A stretch of 64,000 bases of DNA from Candidatus Eiseniibacteriota bacterium. Its GTDB lineage: Bacteria > Eisenbacteria > RBG-16-71-46 > CAVPCR01. Of the stretch, positions 1-10,400 are shown piece after piece. A program made the position numbers and the translations under genes. The notes beneath the pieces are model-generated. The model made no database searches. It was not told the DNA's origin and was given only the letters and a program-made list of their open reading frames with translations. The stretch spans positions 64,001-128,000 of the forward strand of contig CAVPCR010000002.1 in the NCBI GenBank assembly GCA_963702435.1. The letters run 5' to 3'. The stretch's first letter is position 1; every line of letters starts with the position of its first letter.

Positions 1-1594
1 CGAGGAGCGCGGTGAGATGCTCGAGCTTGCTCGCCCCGTCGATCGTACGGGCGCGGGCGGCCAGCGACTCGGCCTCGGCGCGCACGGCGGGAACGGGCGC
101 CCGGTCCTTGAGCTTCTCGAGCGTGTGCACCGCGGCGCGCGTCGAGCTCCCGATCTCCTTCTGCAAGACGAGGAGCGTCAGGTGCCAGCCGGCAGCGGCC
201 TTCCGGAGGTCCTGATCCCGGCAGGTGTGGCGCACGAAGCGGGTCACATCGTCGTAGAGCGCGCGCTCGGCCGGGTTCAAGGCGACGAACACGGTCTCCG
301 CCGTCCGCCGCGGGAAGGGGATCGCCGTGTCCTCGCGCCGCGTGCGCACCATGACCTGGCGCAGGCGGCGCCCGAGGCCCTGCGGATTCCGCGGCATGCG
401 CTTGTCGCCGCGGGCGACGTGGGTGCGGCGGAACTCGCCCGCGGTGCCGAGGGTGCCGGGCCGGAGGAGCGTGACCAGGTTGTACAGCTCGCGCAGGTCG
501 TTGTGCACCGGGGTCGCGGTCAGGAGCAGGAGGCGGCGGCTGGCGAGCGCCGAGGCGAAACCGTAGCTCAGGGTGCGATGGTTCTTGAGCCGATGCGCCT
601 CGTCGACGATGACGATGTCGAAGTGCTCGGCGAGGATCTCCTCCTGATTGCGGCCGACGCGAGCGGTGTCGAGCGTCGTGATGAGGAGGGGATGCCCGCG
701 GAAACGTTCGCCGCGGCGCCGGATGTGGAAGTTGAGCCCGAACTTGATCCGGAGCTCGTCCCGCCACTGGCGCTGGAGGGCGGCCGGCACCAGGATGAGC
801 GCGCGGCGCACGAGCCCGCGCAGCACGTACTCGGAGAGGATGAGCCCGGCCTCGATCGTCTTGCCGAGACCCACCTCGTCGGCGAGGAGGGCGCGCCCGC
901 GCATCTCCTCGACCACCTGGCGCACCGCGCGCTCCTGGTGCTGATAGCGGATGACGTCGCGCACCGTGTCGAAGGCGAGGATCTCGGTCGCCGCGCGGCG
1001 CGCGTTGAGCTCCTCGGCCATGAGCTTCAGGCGCACCTCGCGATACGAGTCGAGCTGCCCGCGCCGGTAGCGCGCGAGGATCGCCTGGTGCGAGCGATCG
1101 GCGAGGAGCACCGGACTCCGGAAGGGGCTCTCCTTGCGGCGGGTGCGCAGCGGCCTGGCGGCGGCGGCCGCCTCGGCGGCCGCCACGGCGGCAGCGGCGC
1201 GGCGCCGGGCGGCCTCGTGGGCCGCGGCGCGGGCCGCCGCGTCGGGCGCGGACTCCTCCGGCGACGAGCCCCCCGGGTCGAACGCCGCCTCGCGATCGAC
1301 GAGAGCGAGATCGGATGCCGGCGGCGCGGGCGTGCGGTGCGCGAGCTCGCTTCGACGCTCGTCGCGGCGATCCCCCCGTCCTTCCCCGTGCCGCTCGCCG
1401 CGCCGCTCCTCCCCCGGCGCCGGATCGCGGCCGACGATGTCCGGGTGGATGGACGTCAGGCGGCGGAGCTCATCGGCGAAGGCCACCTCGAGGATGTCGT
1501 AGAAGCCCCGCTCCCGGACCTCGACGACGAGCCCCGTGCCGAAGCGCGCATGCACGAGCCGATCCCCGACGCGATAGTGAGGGCGCCCGTTCAT
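1..1594 (-). CDS. SNF2-family helicase with N-terminal Tudor-like segment (runs off the window start)
   Basis: Absent from the ORF track because it has no stop in the window. Manual minus-strand translation from ATG 1594: MNGRPHYRVGDRLVHARFGTGLVVEV...ALLADEVGLGKTIEAG (motif I)...IVIVDEAHRLKN (motif II)...LLLTATPVHN (motif III). The + ORF 17..2461 is its antisense shadow. Confidence 0.9.
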   Translation of the reverse strand, partial: MNGRPHYRVGDRLVHARFGTGLVVEVRERGFYDILEVAFADELRRLTSIHPDIVGRDPAPGEERRGERHGEGRGDRRDERRSELAHRTPAPPASDLALVDREAAFDPGGSSPEESAPDAAARAAAHEAARRRAAAAVAAAEAAAAARPLRTRRKESPFRSPVLLADRSHQAILARYRRGQLDSYREVRLKLMAEELNARRAATEILAFDTVRDVIRYQHQERAVRQVVEEMRGRALLADEVGLGKTIEAGLILSEYVLRGLVRRALILVPAALQRQWRDELRIKFGLNFHIRRRGERFRGHPLLITTLDTARVGRNQEEILAEHFDIVIVDEAHRLKNHRTLSYGFASALASRRLLLLTATPVHNDLRELYNLVTLLRPGTLGTAGEFRRTHVARGDKRMPRNPQGLGRRLRQVMVRTRREDTAIPFPRRTAETVFVALNPAERALYDDVTRFVRHTCRDQDLRKAAAGWHLTLLVLQKEIGSSTRAAVHTLEKLKDRAPVPAVRAEAESLAARARTIDGASKLEHLTALL

Positions 1595-1693
1595 CGGATG
1601 GGTGGGACCTCTTGCTGCATGGTGCCGGACCGTCTCTGCGCGAGCGCGCCACGCGGGGTGGCTCGCGGCCGATGGTGGAATCCGCCTCGCGTC

Positions 1694-2281
1694 TTACTTG
1701 ATGAGATAGAAGTGGAACCCGGCGGCGGCCTCGACCGTGGCCGAGAACGCGTCCCCGCCGAGGAGACCGTTCAGGCGCACCGAGAGATCCACCGAGGTCG
1801 CGCGGCGGACGAAGATCTCGGCGCCGCCGCCCGCGACGAGGATGAGTCCGTCGGAGGCCGGAGCGAGCTGCCCGTTTTCGCGCACATCGGAGGGGTGGTA
1901 GAGCCCGCCCCCGAAGACCGCGTACTGCGAGCGGCCCTCCCCGCGGTTGAAGTACCGGAGGTACTCGACGGTGACATTGGCGAGCTTCAGCTTGTCGGGC
2001 CCGACCGTCTCGCCCTGATCGGCCCCCGGCCCGAAGGTCTGGCTCTCGAAGGAGATCCCCAGGGCCTGCGGTCCGCCGAGGGCATAGCGGATGCGAACCC
2101 CGAACCCCGCCCCGTGGTCGTACTCCTCGGCGAAGTCCGAAGCGCCGAAGATGAGCCCGTACTGCCCCTGGATCCCGAGGCTCAGGGTGCCGGGCCGCTC
2201 CTGGGCCGCCGCGGGACTGACCACGACCACAGCCAGGGCCATGACGATCGTCCCGGCAACCGCCGCCAGTCTGGCGTTCAC
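1694..2281 (-). CDS. Outer-membrane beta-barrel protein
   Basis: Signal peptide (…PAAA-QE), alternating amphipathic strands and aromatic C-terminus AGFHFYLIK. Confidence 0.7.
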   Translation of the reverse strand: MNARLAAVAGTIVMALAVVVVSPAAAQERPGTLSLGIQGQYGLIFGASDFAEEYDHGAGFGVRIRYALGGPQALGISFESQTFGPGADQGETVGPDKLKLANVTVEYLRYFNRGEGRSQYAVFGGGLYHPSDVRENGQLAPASDGLILVAGGGAEIFVRRATSVDLSVRLNGLLGGDAFSATVEAAAGFHFYLIK

Positions 2282-2433
2282 GATGGCGTTCCTCCTCGCA
2301 CGGGGGAGAGAAGACCGCTGGTCCTCGATCCGCCTCCGGGGGATGGCGGGCGCCTGGCGAGCCTCGAGGCTCGCAGCCGGGGGGTGGCCATGGTCGCCCG
2401 CGAACCGGAGCGAATCCGAGACAAAAGAGTGTA

Positions 2434-3369
2434 TCAGCCCCGGGGATGGAATCGGGAATGAACCTCGCGGAGGGCGTCCCGCTCGACGTGGGTGTAGATC
2501 TGGGTGGTCGTGATCGAGGCATGGCCGAGGAGGTCCTGAACGACCCGGAGATCCGCCCCCCCCATGAGCAGATGGGTCGCGCAGGCGTGTCGCAGGAGAT
2601 GCGGCCCGATCGGCCGCCCGGGCCGGAGGAGGCCGCTCGCGCGGGCGTGGCGCTTGAGGATGTCGAACACGCCGGCCCGGGTCAGAGCCCCGCCCCGGTG
2701 GTTGAGAAAGACCGGCGGCTCGCCCCGGCTGCTCCGGCGGCGCGCGAGGAGCGCCGGCCGGCTCGCATCCAGGTAGCGCGTGAGAGCGGCGATGGCCGGG
2801 CGGCCGAGGGGGACAGCGCGCTCCTTCCCCCCCTTCCCGAAGCAGACGAGGTAGCCCTGGTCCACGTGCAATGACCCGGCGATGAGACCGGTCACCTCGG
2901 AGACGCGCATGCCCGTTGCATAGAGCACCTCGAGGAGAGCGCGGTCCCGCACCCCGAGGATGGAGTCCGCATCCGGAGTGGCGAGGAGCGCGTCGATCTC
3001 CTCGATCGAAATCGTGCGCGGCAGTCGCCGCCTGACGCGGGGCCGGCCGAGATCGAGGGCCGGGTTCCGCGCGATGAAACCGCTGCTCGTGAGGTAGGCG
3101 AGAAAGCCGCGGAGCGCCGACTGGTGCCGGGCGACCGAGGTGGCCTTGAGCCCGGCGTCGGCCAGGAAGCGCATGTGCGCGGCCAGCCGGCTGTACGAAA
3201 CCCCCCTCAGCTCATCCTCGTTCTCGATCCGCGCCGCATCGAGAAAGCACATCAGATCGCGCCCGTAAGCTTCCACGGAGCGAGGAGATAGACGGCGCTC
3301 GAGGGCCAGGTGATCGAGATAGGCCGCGAGCCGGCGACGGGCGGACCCCGCGGTAACCGTGCCGCTCAT
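2434..3369 (-). CDS. xerD: Tyrosine recombinase XerD
   Basis: RDRALLEVLYATGMRVSE, GKGGKER, HLLRHACATHLL, LLGHASITTTQIYTHV, C-terminal FHPRG. Confidence 0.85.
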   Translation of the reverse strand: MSGTVTAGSARRRLAAYLDHLALERRLSPRSVEAYGRDLMCFLDAARIENEDELRGVSYSRLAAHMRFLADAGLKATSVARHQSALRGFLAYLTSSGFIARNPALDLGRPRVRRRLPRTISIEEIDALLATPDADSILGVRDRALLEVLYATGMRVSEVTGLIAGSLHVDQGYLVCFGKGGKERAVPLGRPAIAALTRYLDASRPALLARRRSSRGEPPVFLNHRGGALTRAGVFDILKRHARASGLLRPGRPIGPHLLRHACATHLLMGGADLRVVQDLLGHASITTTQIYTHVERDALREVHSRFHPRG

Positions 3370-3803
3370 GCGCTGGGGTCCTTCTCATCTAGAGGCCCCG
3401 GGGCCGCGAGCGACGCGCGCACGGCGGCAGGCATGGCCACGGGCCGCCGGTCGCGATCCACGCAGATGTGGGTCGTCGACCCGGTGGCGAGCAGACGGCC
3501 GTCACGGCGGAGCTCGTACGCGAAGTCCACCTGCCGGGAGCGGACGCGGCTCACGCGGGTGTGGATCTCGAACTCGTCGTCGTAGGCCAGGGGCTCGCGG
3601 AGCTCGCCGGAGAAGGTCGCTACCGGCATGAAGTAGCCGGCAGCCTCGAGCTCGCGGTAGGGAAGGCCGGCCGCGCGCATGTAGGACGTGCGGCCGATCT
3701 CGAACCAGACGAGGAAGTTGGCGTTGTAGGCGATGCCCATGCCGTCGGTCTCCGCATAGCGGACGCGCTCGCGCACGACGACCGTGGGAGGAGCCATGCC
3801 CAT
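3366..3803 (-). CDS. Acyl-CoA thioesterase (YbgC/4HBT hot-dog family)
   Basis: RVRYAETDGMGIAYNANFLVWFEIGR motif; 4-bp overlap with xerD. Confidence 0.9.
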   Translation of the reverse strand: MGMAPPTVVVRERVRYAETDGMGIAYNANFLVWFEIGRTSYMRAAGLPYRELEAAGYFMPVATFSGELREPLAYDDEFEIHTRVSRVRSRQVDFAYELRRDGRLLATGSTTHICVDRDRRPVAMPAAVRASLAAPGPLDEKDPSA

Positions 3804-3939
3804 GGCGGCACGCTATCATCCCCGCTCCGACCCGGGCAAGCCGGGCGGCCGGAGCCCGGCCGGGGCCCGGCCGGAGCACGGGTCTTACCGGGGCCCGACC
3901 CGGCCCGGCGGGGGCCGGCTTCCGCGCCGTCCGCCCGGG

Positions 3940-3969
3940 TTGACGGCCCCCGGCCTCCCCTGCTAGTCT
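3940..3969 (+). promoter_or_regulatory. Putative sigma70 promoter of rpsT
   Basis: TTGACG (3940-3945), 18-bp spacer, TGn-TAGTCT (3964-3969) upstream of rpsT. Confidence 0.55.
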
Positions 3970-4075
3970 CGCGGGTCCTTGTCCGGTACCTGCCGCGAAC
4001 GCGGCAGGCAACGATCGGCTCACGGCCCCCGGCCGCGGCCGGCAGCCACCATACAGCGGAAGGAACGAGAGACCG

Positions 4076-4330
4076 ATGCCGCATCACAAGTCAGCGGCCA
4101 AGCGCATGAAGACGAGCGAGAAGGCCCGGCTCAAGAACCGCGCCGTCAAGTCCCGCCTCAAGGGCGTGGTCAAGACGGCGGAGGACGCGCCGGCTCCCGA
4201 GGCGGCGACCGCGTTCAACGACGCCATGTCGGCGCTCGACCGGGCTGCGGCGAAGGGCATCATTCCGAAGCGCCGCGCCGACCGGAAGAAGTCCCGTCTC
4301 GCCAAGCGCCTCGTCAAGACGACGAGCTAG
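4076..4330 (+). CDS. rpsT: 30S ribosomal protein S20
   Basis: MPHHKSAAKRMKTSEKARLKNRAVKSRLK...LDRAAAKGIIPKRRADRKKSRL. Confidence 0.97.
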   Translation: MPHHKSAAKRMKTSEKARLKNRAVKSRLKGVVKTAEDAPAPEAATAFNDAMSALDRAAAKGIIPKRRADRKKSRLAKRLVKTTS

Positions 4331-4338
4331 GACGCGCC

Positions 4339-4776
4339 ATGGGGCCCAGGTCCCGGGCCCGTAACCTCCTCATCCTCCTCCTCGCGCTCGCCCTCGTGAC
4401 GCCGCGGCAGGATGCCGCGGCGGATACCGGCGAGGGCGCTTCCGACGCGCCTCCGTCCGCACCCTCGTTCCTGTCGCGCCACCGCCGGTCGCTCCTCATC
4501 GCGACCGGCGCCGGGGCAGCCGCGGCGGGCATCGCGGCCATCGCATTCCGGCAGCGGGCCAACACGACGTACGACGAGTACCGGACCGCGGCCGACCCCG
4601 AGGAGATCGCCGCGCTCTACGACGAGACCGAGAGTCTCGACAACCGCGCTGCCGCCTGCTTCATCGCGAGCGAGGCCCTCTTCGTGGCCGCGCTCTACCT
4701 CGGCTTCTTCGTTGAACCGGCACCGGTTCGCCTCGCCCCGGCGCCCGGGGGGCTCGCGCTGGCATGGCGCTTCTGA
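4339..4776 (+). CDS. Hypothetical exported/membrane protein
   Basis: ATG 4339; signal peptide, two hydrophobic segments, ends LALAWRF; lies between rpsT and the lipoprotein gene. Confidence 0.6.
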   Translation: MGPRSRARNLLILLLALALVTPRQDAAADTGEGASDAPPSAPSFLSRHRRSLLIATGAGAAAAGIAAIAFRQRANTTYDEYRTAADPEEIAALYDETESLDNRAAACFIASEALFVAALYLGFFVEPAPVRLAPAPGGLALAWRF

Positions 4777-6074
4777 GCCCGCCACCCGCCGGGGCGCGCC
4801 TCGCTCTCCCCGTCTCCCTCCTTCTCACCGGCGTCCTCGCTCTCGCCGCCGCCTCCTGCAGCAACCGCGAGCACCTGAATCCCCTCGATCCTGCCAACCC
4901 GGAGACCGGCGGCGTCCCCTGGCGGTTCGCCGCGGTGGCCGCCGATCGTGCCGTGGATCTTCGCTGGGAGACGCAGGAATTGACAGACCTCGGCGGCTTC
5001 CACATCGTGCGCGCGGCGGGCGACAGCGCCGACTCGACCATCGCCACCGTCCCCTCCCGCACCGCCGCCTATCGCGACACGACCGTCGCCAACGGCGTCG
5101 ACTACAGCTACCGCCTCGTGCCCTTCCTCGCGGACGGTCGCCCGGTCGCCCCCGACGGCCCCGTCTCCGCGACCCCCGGTCCGGCCGAGGTCTGGGTGGC
5201 CGACACCGGCGGCTTCGAGGTCGTGCGCATCGCTCCCGACGCCCGCGCGATCGCCCTCCGGGTCCGCGGCTTCCGCGCGCCCAACTCGGTCGCCGTCAGC
5301 GCGCGGGACGGCCTCGTCTGGGTGGCCGACTCCTTCGGCGGGCGCGTGGTGGCGCTCGCGCGCGACGGGACGCTCGTGCGCGCCGTCGAGGGCTTCGTCG
5401 TGCCGAAGGCGCTGTCGGTATCGCCCGCCGACGGGAGCGTATGGGTGGCCGACGAGCGCGCGGGCACGATCACCCACCTCACCGCCGGCGGGTCAGAGCT
5501 CGCCGCGATCGGCGGGCTCATCGAGCCCGCCGACGTGGCGGCGAATCCGCTCGACGGCTCCTGCTGGGCGGCCGATGCCGCGGCGGGCGAGGTGTGGCTC
5601 ATCGCCGCCGACGGTGCGGTCCGCGCGCGCGTCGGCGGCTTCGGCGAGCCGACCCAGCTCGCCGCCGTCCATGCCGACGGCTCCTGCTGGGTGGCCGACG
5701 ACGATGCCGACCACGTCCTCCGCATCGCTCCCGACGGCGGCGCCACCCAGATCGTCTCGCCCGTGCCGCGCCCGTTCGGCCTCGCCGTGAACCAGGAGAA
5801 CGAGGACCTGTGGGTCGGGAGCTTCGGCGCCGGCACGATCGAGCGGTACACGACGCGCGGCGGGCGGATCGATCTCATCGTGCGGGTGAGCGGCTTCGAG
5901 CGCCCGCTCGGGATCGCCGTGGATCCGATCGACGCGGGGTTGTGGGTCGTGGATTCCGGTCCCGGCGCGGTCGTGAAGCTCACGACCGCCGGGGTCGAGA
6001 GAGGTCGCGTGGGCGGCCTCTCCGTGCCCTTCGATGTGGACGTCGGGCCCGGGAGCGCCGGCCCCGTCAGATAG
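4764..6074 (+). CDS. Lipoprotein with FN3-like domain and NHL beta-propeller repeats
   Basis: Lipobox AAASC; VDLRW...YRDTTVANGVDYSYRL (FN3-like); repeated P..VAV...DG.VWVAD units. Confidence 0.8.
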   Translation: MALLSPPPAGARLALPVSLLLTGVLALAAASCSNREHLNPLDPANPETGGVPWRFAAVAADRAVDLRWETQELTDLGGFHIVRAAGDSADSTIATVPSRTAAYRDTTVANGVDYSYRLVPFLADGRPVAPDGPVSATPGPAEVWVADTGGFEVVRIAPDARAIALRVRGFRAPNSVAVSARDGLVWVADSFGGRVVALARDGTLVRAVEGFVVPKALSVSPADGSVWVADERAGTITHLTAGGSELAAIGGLIEPADVAANPLDGSCWAADAAAGEVWLIAADGAVRARVGGFGEPTQLAAVHADGSCWVADDDADHVLRIAPDGGATQIVSPVPRPFGLAVNQENEDLWVGSFGAGTIERYTTRGGRIDLIVRVSGFERPLGIAVDPIDAGLWVVDSGPGAVVKLTTAGVERGRVGGLSVPFDVDVGPGSAGPVR

Positions 6075-6081
6075 CTACCGC

Positions 6082-7290
6082 CTACTTCGCGCCGCGCTCG
6101 ACCGCCGCCACAAGGCGGGCCCCGGCGTCGGGAATCCCGGCCCACACGCGCACCCAGTTGGGCACGAGCGGCGGCCCGAGCGGATCGGCCCGCACCTCGT
6201 CGATCGAGGTCCGCACCGCGCGCAGGAAGACGTGCACCGTCTCCTCCTCGCTGTGCCGGTCGTACTTGAGGCCGTTGATCGCGGCCATGGCGTAGCTGTC
6301 AGCCACCGCATCCTCGGCCTCGCGCTGGTAGGCGGCGAGGAGACTCCGGAGGACGCCCTCGGAGAGGTTCACCCCCGCTGCGGCCAGGGTGCGCAGGAGA
6401 TGCTTGGTCACATCCCGCGCCATGCGATGGAGGCCGCGGCCCGGATCGCGGGCCGAGAGCTCCTGGTGCTTGTGCTCGTAGCGCTCGGCGATCTCGACCT
6501 GTCCGATGCGGGCCGGCGCCCGATGGCGGAGAGCCTCGAAGAGGGTCACGATCTCGAGCCCCCAGTCGCAGGGCAGGCGCATGCGCTGCGCGAGGTCGCA
6601 CTTGACGACGAACTCCCCGGCCAGCGCATAGCGGAAGGAGGCCAGGTAGCGCACGTAGGGATCGGCGCCGACGAGCCGCGTGAAGGCGGCGAGGAGCGGC
6701 GCCAGGAGGAGGCGGGTCACCCGCCCGTGCAGGCGATCGGTCACCCGCGCGTAATAGGCCTTGACGAAATCGAAGTCGATCGTCGGATCGATGGTCGGGA
6801 GCACGAGCCGGGCGAGCATCTCGCGGTTGTAGTTGACGACGTCGGCATCCTGGAAGGCGATGTACTCGACGCGCTCCTCGGCCAGGATGTAGCCGATGGC
6901 GAGCCACACGGCGCGGCCCTTCCCGGGCTCCCCCGTGTAGAGGTTCGCCGCGCGCATCTGGGCCAGGAACCGGCGCACGGCCGGCGACTCGTTCCACAGG
7001 ATGACCAGGCGGCCCGGATAGCGGGCGAAGAAGGCGACGGCCCGCGCATGATCGCTCGCCGTGGCTCGATTGAGCGATACGACCAGCGTGTCGAGATAGC
7101 CCACCGCGGAGAGCTCGCCGATGATGCGGCGGAGCGCCGGCCGCTCCATCTCGCCGGGGATCATGGGGATGACGAGCGCCACCGGAAAGCGCACGGCGAG
7201 CTTCTCGACGTGCGCCTCGATGTCGGCGAGCGGACGCTCGACCAGGCGCGGGAGCGCGGTGACCGGCCCGTGCTGATGGAAGTCGCTCAT
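6082..7290 (-). CDS. Glucosyl-3-phosphoglycerate synthase-like glycosyltransferase
   Basis: MSDFHQHG.VT.L start, GKGRAVW, FQDAD (DxD), HGRVTRL, YALAGEF, DWGLEI, YEHKHQ. Confidence 0.8.
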   Translation of the reverse strand: MSDFHQHGPVTALPRLVERPLADIEAHVEKLAVRFPVALVIPMIPGEMERPALRRIIGELSAVGYLDTLVVSLNRATASDHARAVAFFARYPGRLVILWNESPAVRRFLAQMRAANLYTGEPGKGRAVWLAIGYILAEERVEYIAFQDADVVNYNREMLARLVLPTIDPTIDFDFVKAYYARVTDRLHGRVTRLLLAPLLAAFTRLVGADPYVRYLASFRYALAGEFVVKCDLAQRMRLPCDWGLEIVTLFEALRHRAPARIGQVEIAERYEHKHQELSARDPGRGLHRMARDVTKHLLRTLAAAGVNLSEGVLRSLLAAYQREAEDAVADSYAMAAINGLKYDRHSEEETVHVFLRAVRTSIDEVRADPLGPPLVPNWVRVWAGIPDAGARLVAAVERGAK

Positions 7291-7413
7291 GGTCCCTCCT
7301 TCTCCAACCGGCGGACGCGGGCGGGAGAGATCCGGGGGAGTCGCCGGAGATGAGCCTAGCGGCAGGCGGGCGATGGAACAAGGTGAATGAGGCGCCGGGA
7401 TGAGGCGCTGCTT

Positions 7414-10400
7414 CTAGTACCCGAACCCGATCGAGAACTCGGTGTTGGCCTGGTCGGCGATCGTGTGGAAATCGGTGGGCCAGGCGATGTCGACGCGGAG
7501 CCGCGGGTACGGCCCGCCGCCCACGAAGAAGCCGACGCCGACGCTCCCGTAGAGCGCTTCGCCCCGGACATCGTCGCCGACCCAGGCCGCATCGGCGAAG
7601 CAGGAACCGTAGAAGACCGGGAGGTCCATGGCCCCGGTGGGCATGGCGACGACCATCCGCTGGACGAGCGGGAAGCGGATCTCCTGGTTGAGGAGGAGGA
7701 GCCGCTGTCCCGCCACCGAGCGATGCGGATATCCGCGCAGGCTGAAGGCTCCGCCCACGTAGTAGCGCTGCCCCTCGTCGCCGAAGCTCACCCGGGCCTG
7801 GCCGCGGACGGCGTAAGTCATGTCGCCCGCGATCCGGCGATACCAGCGGTAGTCCCCGAGCACGCTCACGTAGTCGCCGATCCCGGCGCCGAGGTCGGTG
7901 GTGAGCCCGAGCGTGACGCCGTAGCGGACGCCGTCGAAGGGGCCGATCCGCGACCACAAGGTCGAGTCGTGCACGTAGGAAAAGAGGTTCGAGACGAAGT
8001 AGGTGTCGCCCTGCACGCCGGAGCGATAGAGATGGTTCGTGATGCGGCGGGCGACGAGCGAGGTTTCGATGCGATTGAACCGGCTCAGCGGATAGCTCGC
8101 GAGGAAGAGTCCGCCCAGGCGGCTCTCCTGCAGGAAGAGATCGAGGTCCGCGTTGTAGGTGCGCGCGAGGCGGAAGGCGCCGAGCGCCCAGTTGATGCGG
8201 CGCTTCGAGTTGTAGTAGGTGACGCCGACGTCGAAGGCGTCGAGGAAGCTCCCGCCGTCCCCACCCTCGTTGGCGATGAAGAGGAGGATCTGCTCGTTGT
8301 TGAGGAGATCCGAGAAGGCGATCTGGCCGCCGCCCCCGCCGCCGAAGTCAGGATCGAAGGCCACTCCTCCCTGGATGAGATCGAGCGCGAAGCGGCGCTG
8401 GTAGCCGCTCACCGGATAGGTCGTGTCGGGGGTCGCCGGCTCCCAGCGCGCGTTCGCCTCCCGGTCGGGACCGTCGAGATCAGTGAGCGCATCCGGCGGC
8501 CAGCTCGGGACCGGATCGACGAGGCCCATCTCCTCGCGGCCGAAGAGCATGGCGAGAGCGGGTGCGACGGAGGCCGGCTCCGGTGCCGCCGGCGGGGGCT
8601 CCTCCGCCGCGGGGAGTTCCACGACGGGGGTGGCGTAGATGGCGAAGGTCTGCTCGACGAAGGTCGTGAAGAGGAGGCTCTTCCCGTCGGGCGTCCACTC
8701 CGGATCGAGGGCCGCGGTCTGGAAGCGCCGGAGCGGGGTGACCCGCCCACCGAGATCGGCGACGTAGAGATCGAAGGTCCCCTCCTGCCGGTCGGAGCGG
8801 AACGCGATCCGCTCGCCGTCGGGCGCGAAGGAGGGCTCGGAGTCCTCGTGGGAACCGCTCGTGAGCGCCGTGATCGCGCCGCTCTCGAGATCGAGGAGAT
8901 AGAGGTTCGTCGCACCGCTCGGCCCCTCGGAGCAGCGATCGGACGCGAAGACGATCGTCCTCCCGTCCGGCGACCAGTCGGGGTCCCGATCGTCGTAGAG
9001 ATCGCTCGTGAGCGCGGCGAGGCCCGTCCCGTCGCGAGCGACCCGGTAGAGATCGCGGTGCCCCGCGACATCGACACCGCTCATCACGATGGATCGTCCG
9101 TCGGGCGACCACGCCGGCGAGCCGAGGGCGACGAGCGACGGGAAGTCGAGGGTCGTTAGGCGCCGGCGCCGGTCCACGTCCACGATGTGCAGCACGTCGC
9201 GGGCGCCGGAGCGGGCCACGAACACGACCTCGCGCGCCGCATTCACGTCGAGCGCGCTCTCGAAGAAGTGGAGGCTCTCGAACTCCTCGCTCGAGCCGCC
9301 CTTGGCGAGGAGGATGGGCGGCGGCGCCTTCTCCGGCGGCACGCCGGCCTCGTAGCGGCCATGGCGAAGGCCCGCGTATCCGCCGTGGCTCGAGAGGAAT
9401 ACGAGCTCGAGATCGCCTTCCGCGGCGTCCGCCGTGTTCCCTGCCGTCGCCGTGTCCGCCGGCGACGGCACCGGACATGCCGCCACGTTGAAGTCCCCGT
9501 GCCCGACCACCCGCCGGGCGGCAACGTCCACCGCCTCCCGCTCCCTGACCTGCGGGTAGTAGCACCGCCGGAGCTCCGCGGTCCACGCCGTGTTGAGCTC
9601 GGCGGTCGTGACGCCGAGGATCTCGTTCGTCAGCACGTCGAACTTGTCGCTCTTCCACCATCGCTTCAGGTACTCGAGCACCTTGTCGCGCCCGTGCTTC
9701 TCGGCGATGAAGAGGAGGATCGACTGGCCTTCCTTGTACATCTGGAAAGTGCCGTCGATCGTCCACAGGTCCTCGATCGGGACCAGGCGGTCGTGGATCA
9801 CGCAATCGCGGAGGACCATGTCGGCCCGTGCGTCCCAGTCGGTGGCCAGGAACTCGGCGAGCCCCTCCACGTACCAGAGCGGAGGATAGGAGTAGCGGGT
9901 CTTCTTGTGCGCGCGCATGTCCTGGGCGAGCTTCTCGAGCATGAGGGCATGCACGAGCTCGTGGCGCACGACCCAGCGGAGCCGATGGTAGGAGCCCGTG
10001 TGCGGGACGAGGACCCGGCCCTTGATGAGATCGGTGAGCCCGCCCACCTCCTCGGGCACGATCGAGGGCGTCACGTTCGTCTGCTCGAAGTCGCGATGCG
10101 TCGAGTAGAGGAGGAACGGGATCCGCCCCGCGCGGAGCGAGTCGAGCTCCATCTCGGCCATGAGCTCGATGCACGCTTCTTCGGCCATCGCCGCCACCCA
10201 GTGCGCGAGCTCCCGCTCCTCCGGGTAGAAGTGGAGCGAGAGATGCGGAGTCTCCATCACCTGCCAGGTCAAGTCGGTGTACTGGACCTTGTTCTTCCCG
10301 AAGAAGAGCTGCGCGCGGGCCGGGGCGGCGGCGGCCAGGAGGAAGAGCGCGGCGGCGAGAGCCGGAACGGCGGGCGCGCGAAGGAGCCGGGCGAGACGGG

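Noticed and set aside
17..2461. 814-aa + strand ORF (and similar long ORFs such as 9187..11604, 28335..31541, 59328..61661)
   Set aside because: Antisense shadows of real minus-strand genes in high-GC DNA; no recognisable motifs.
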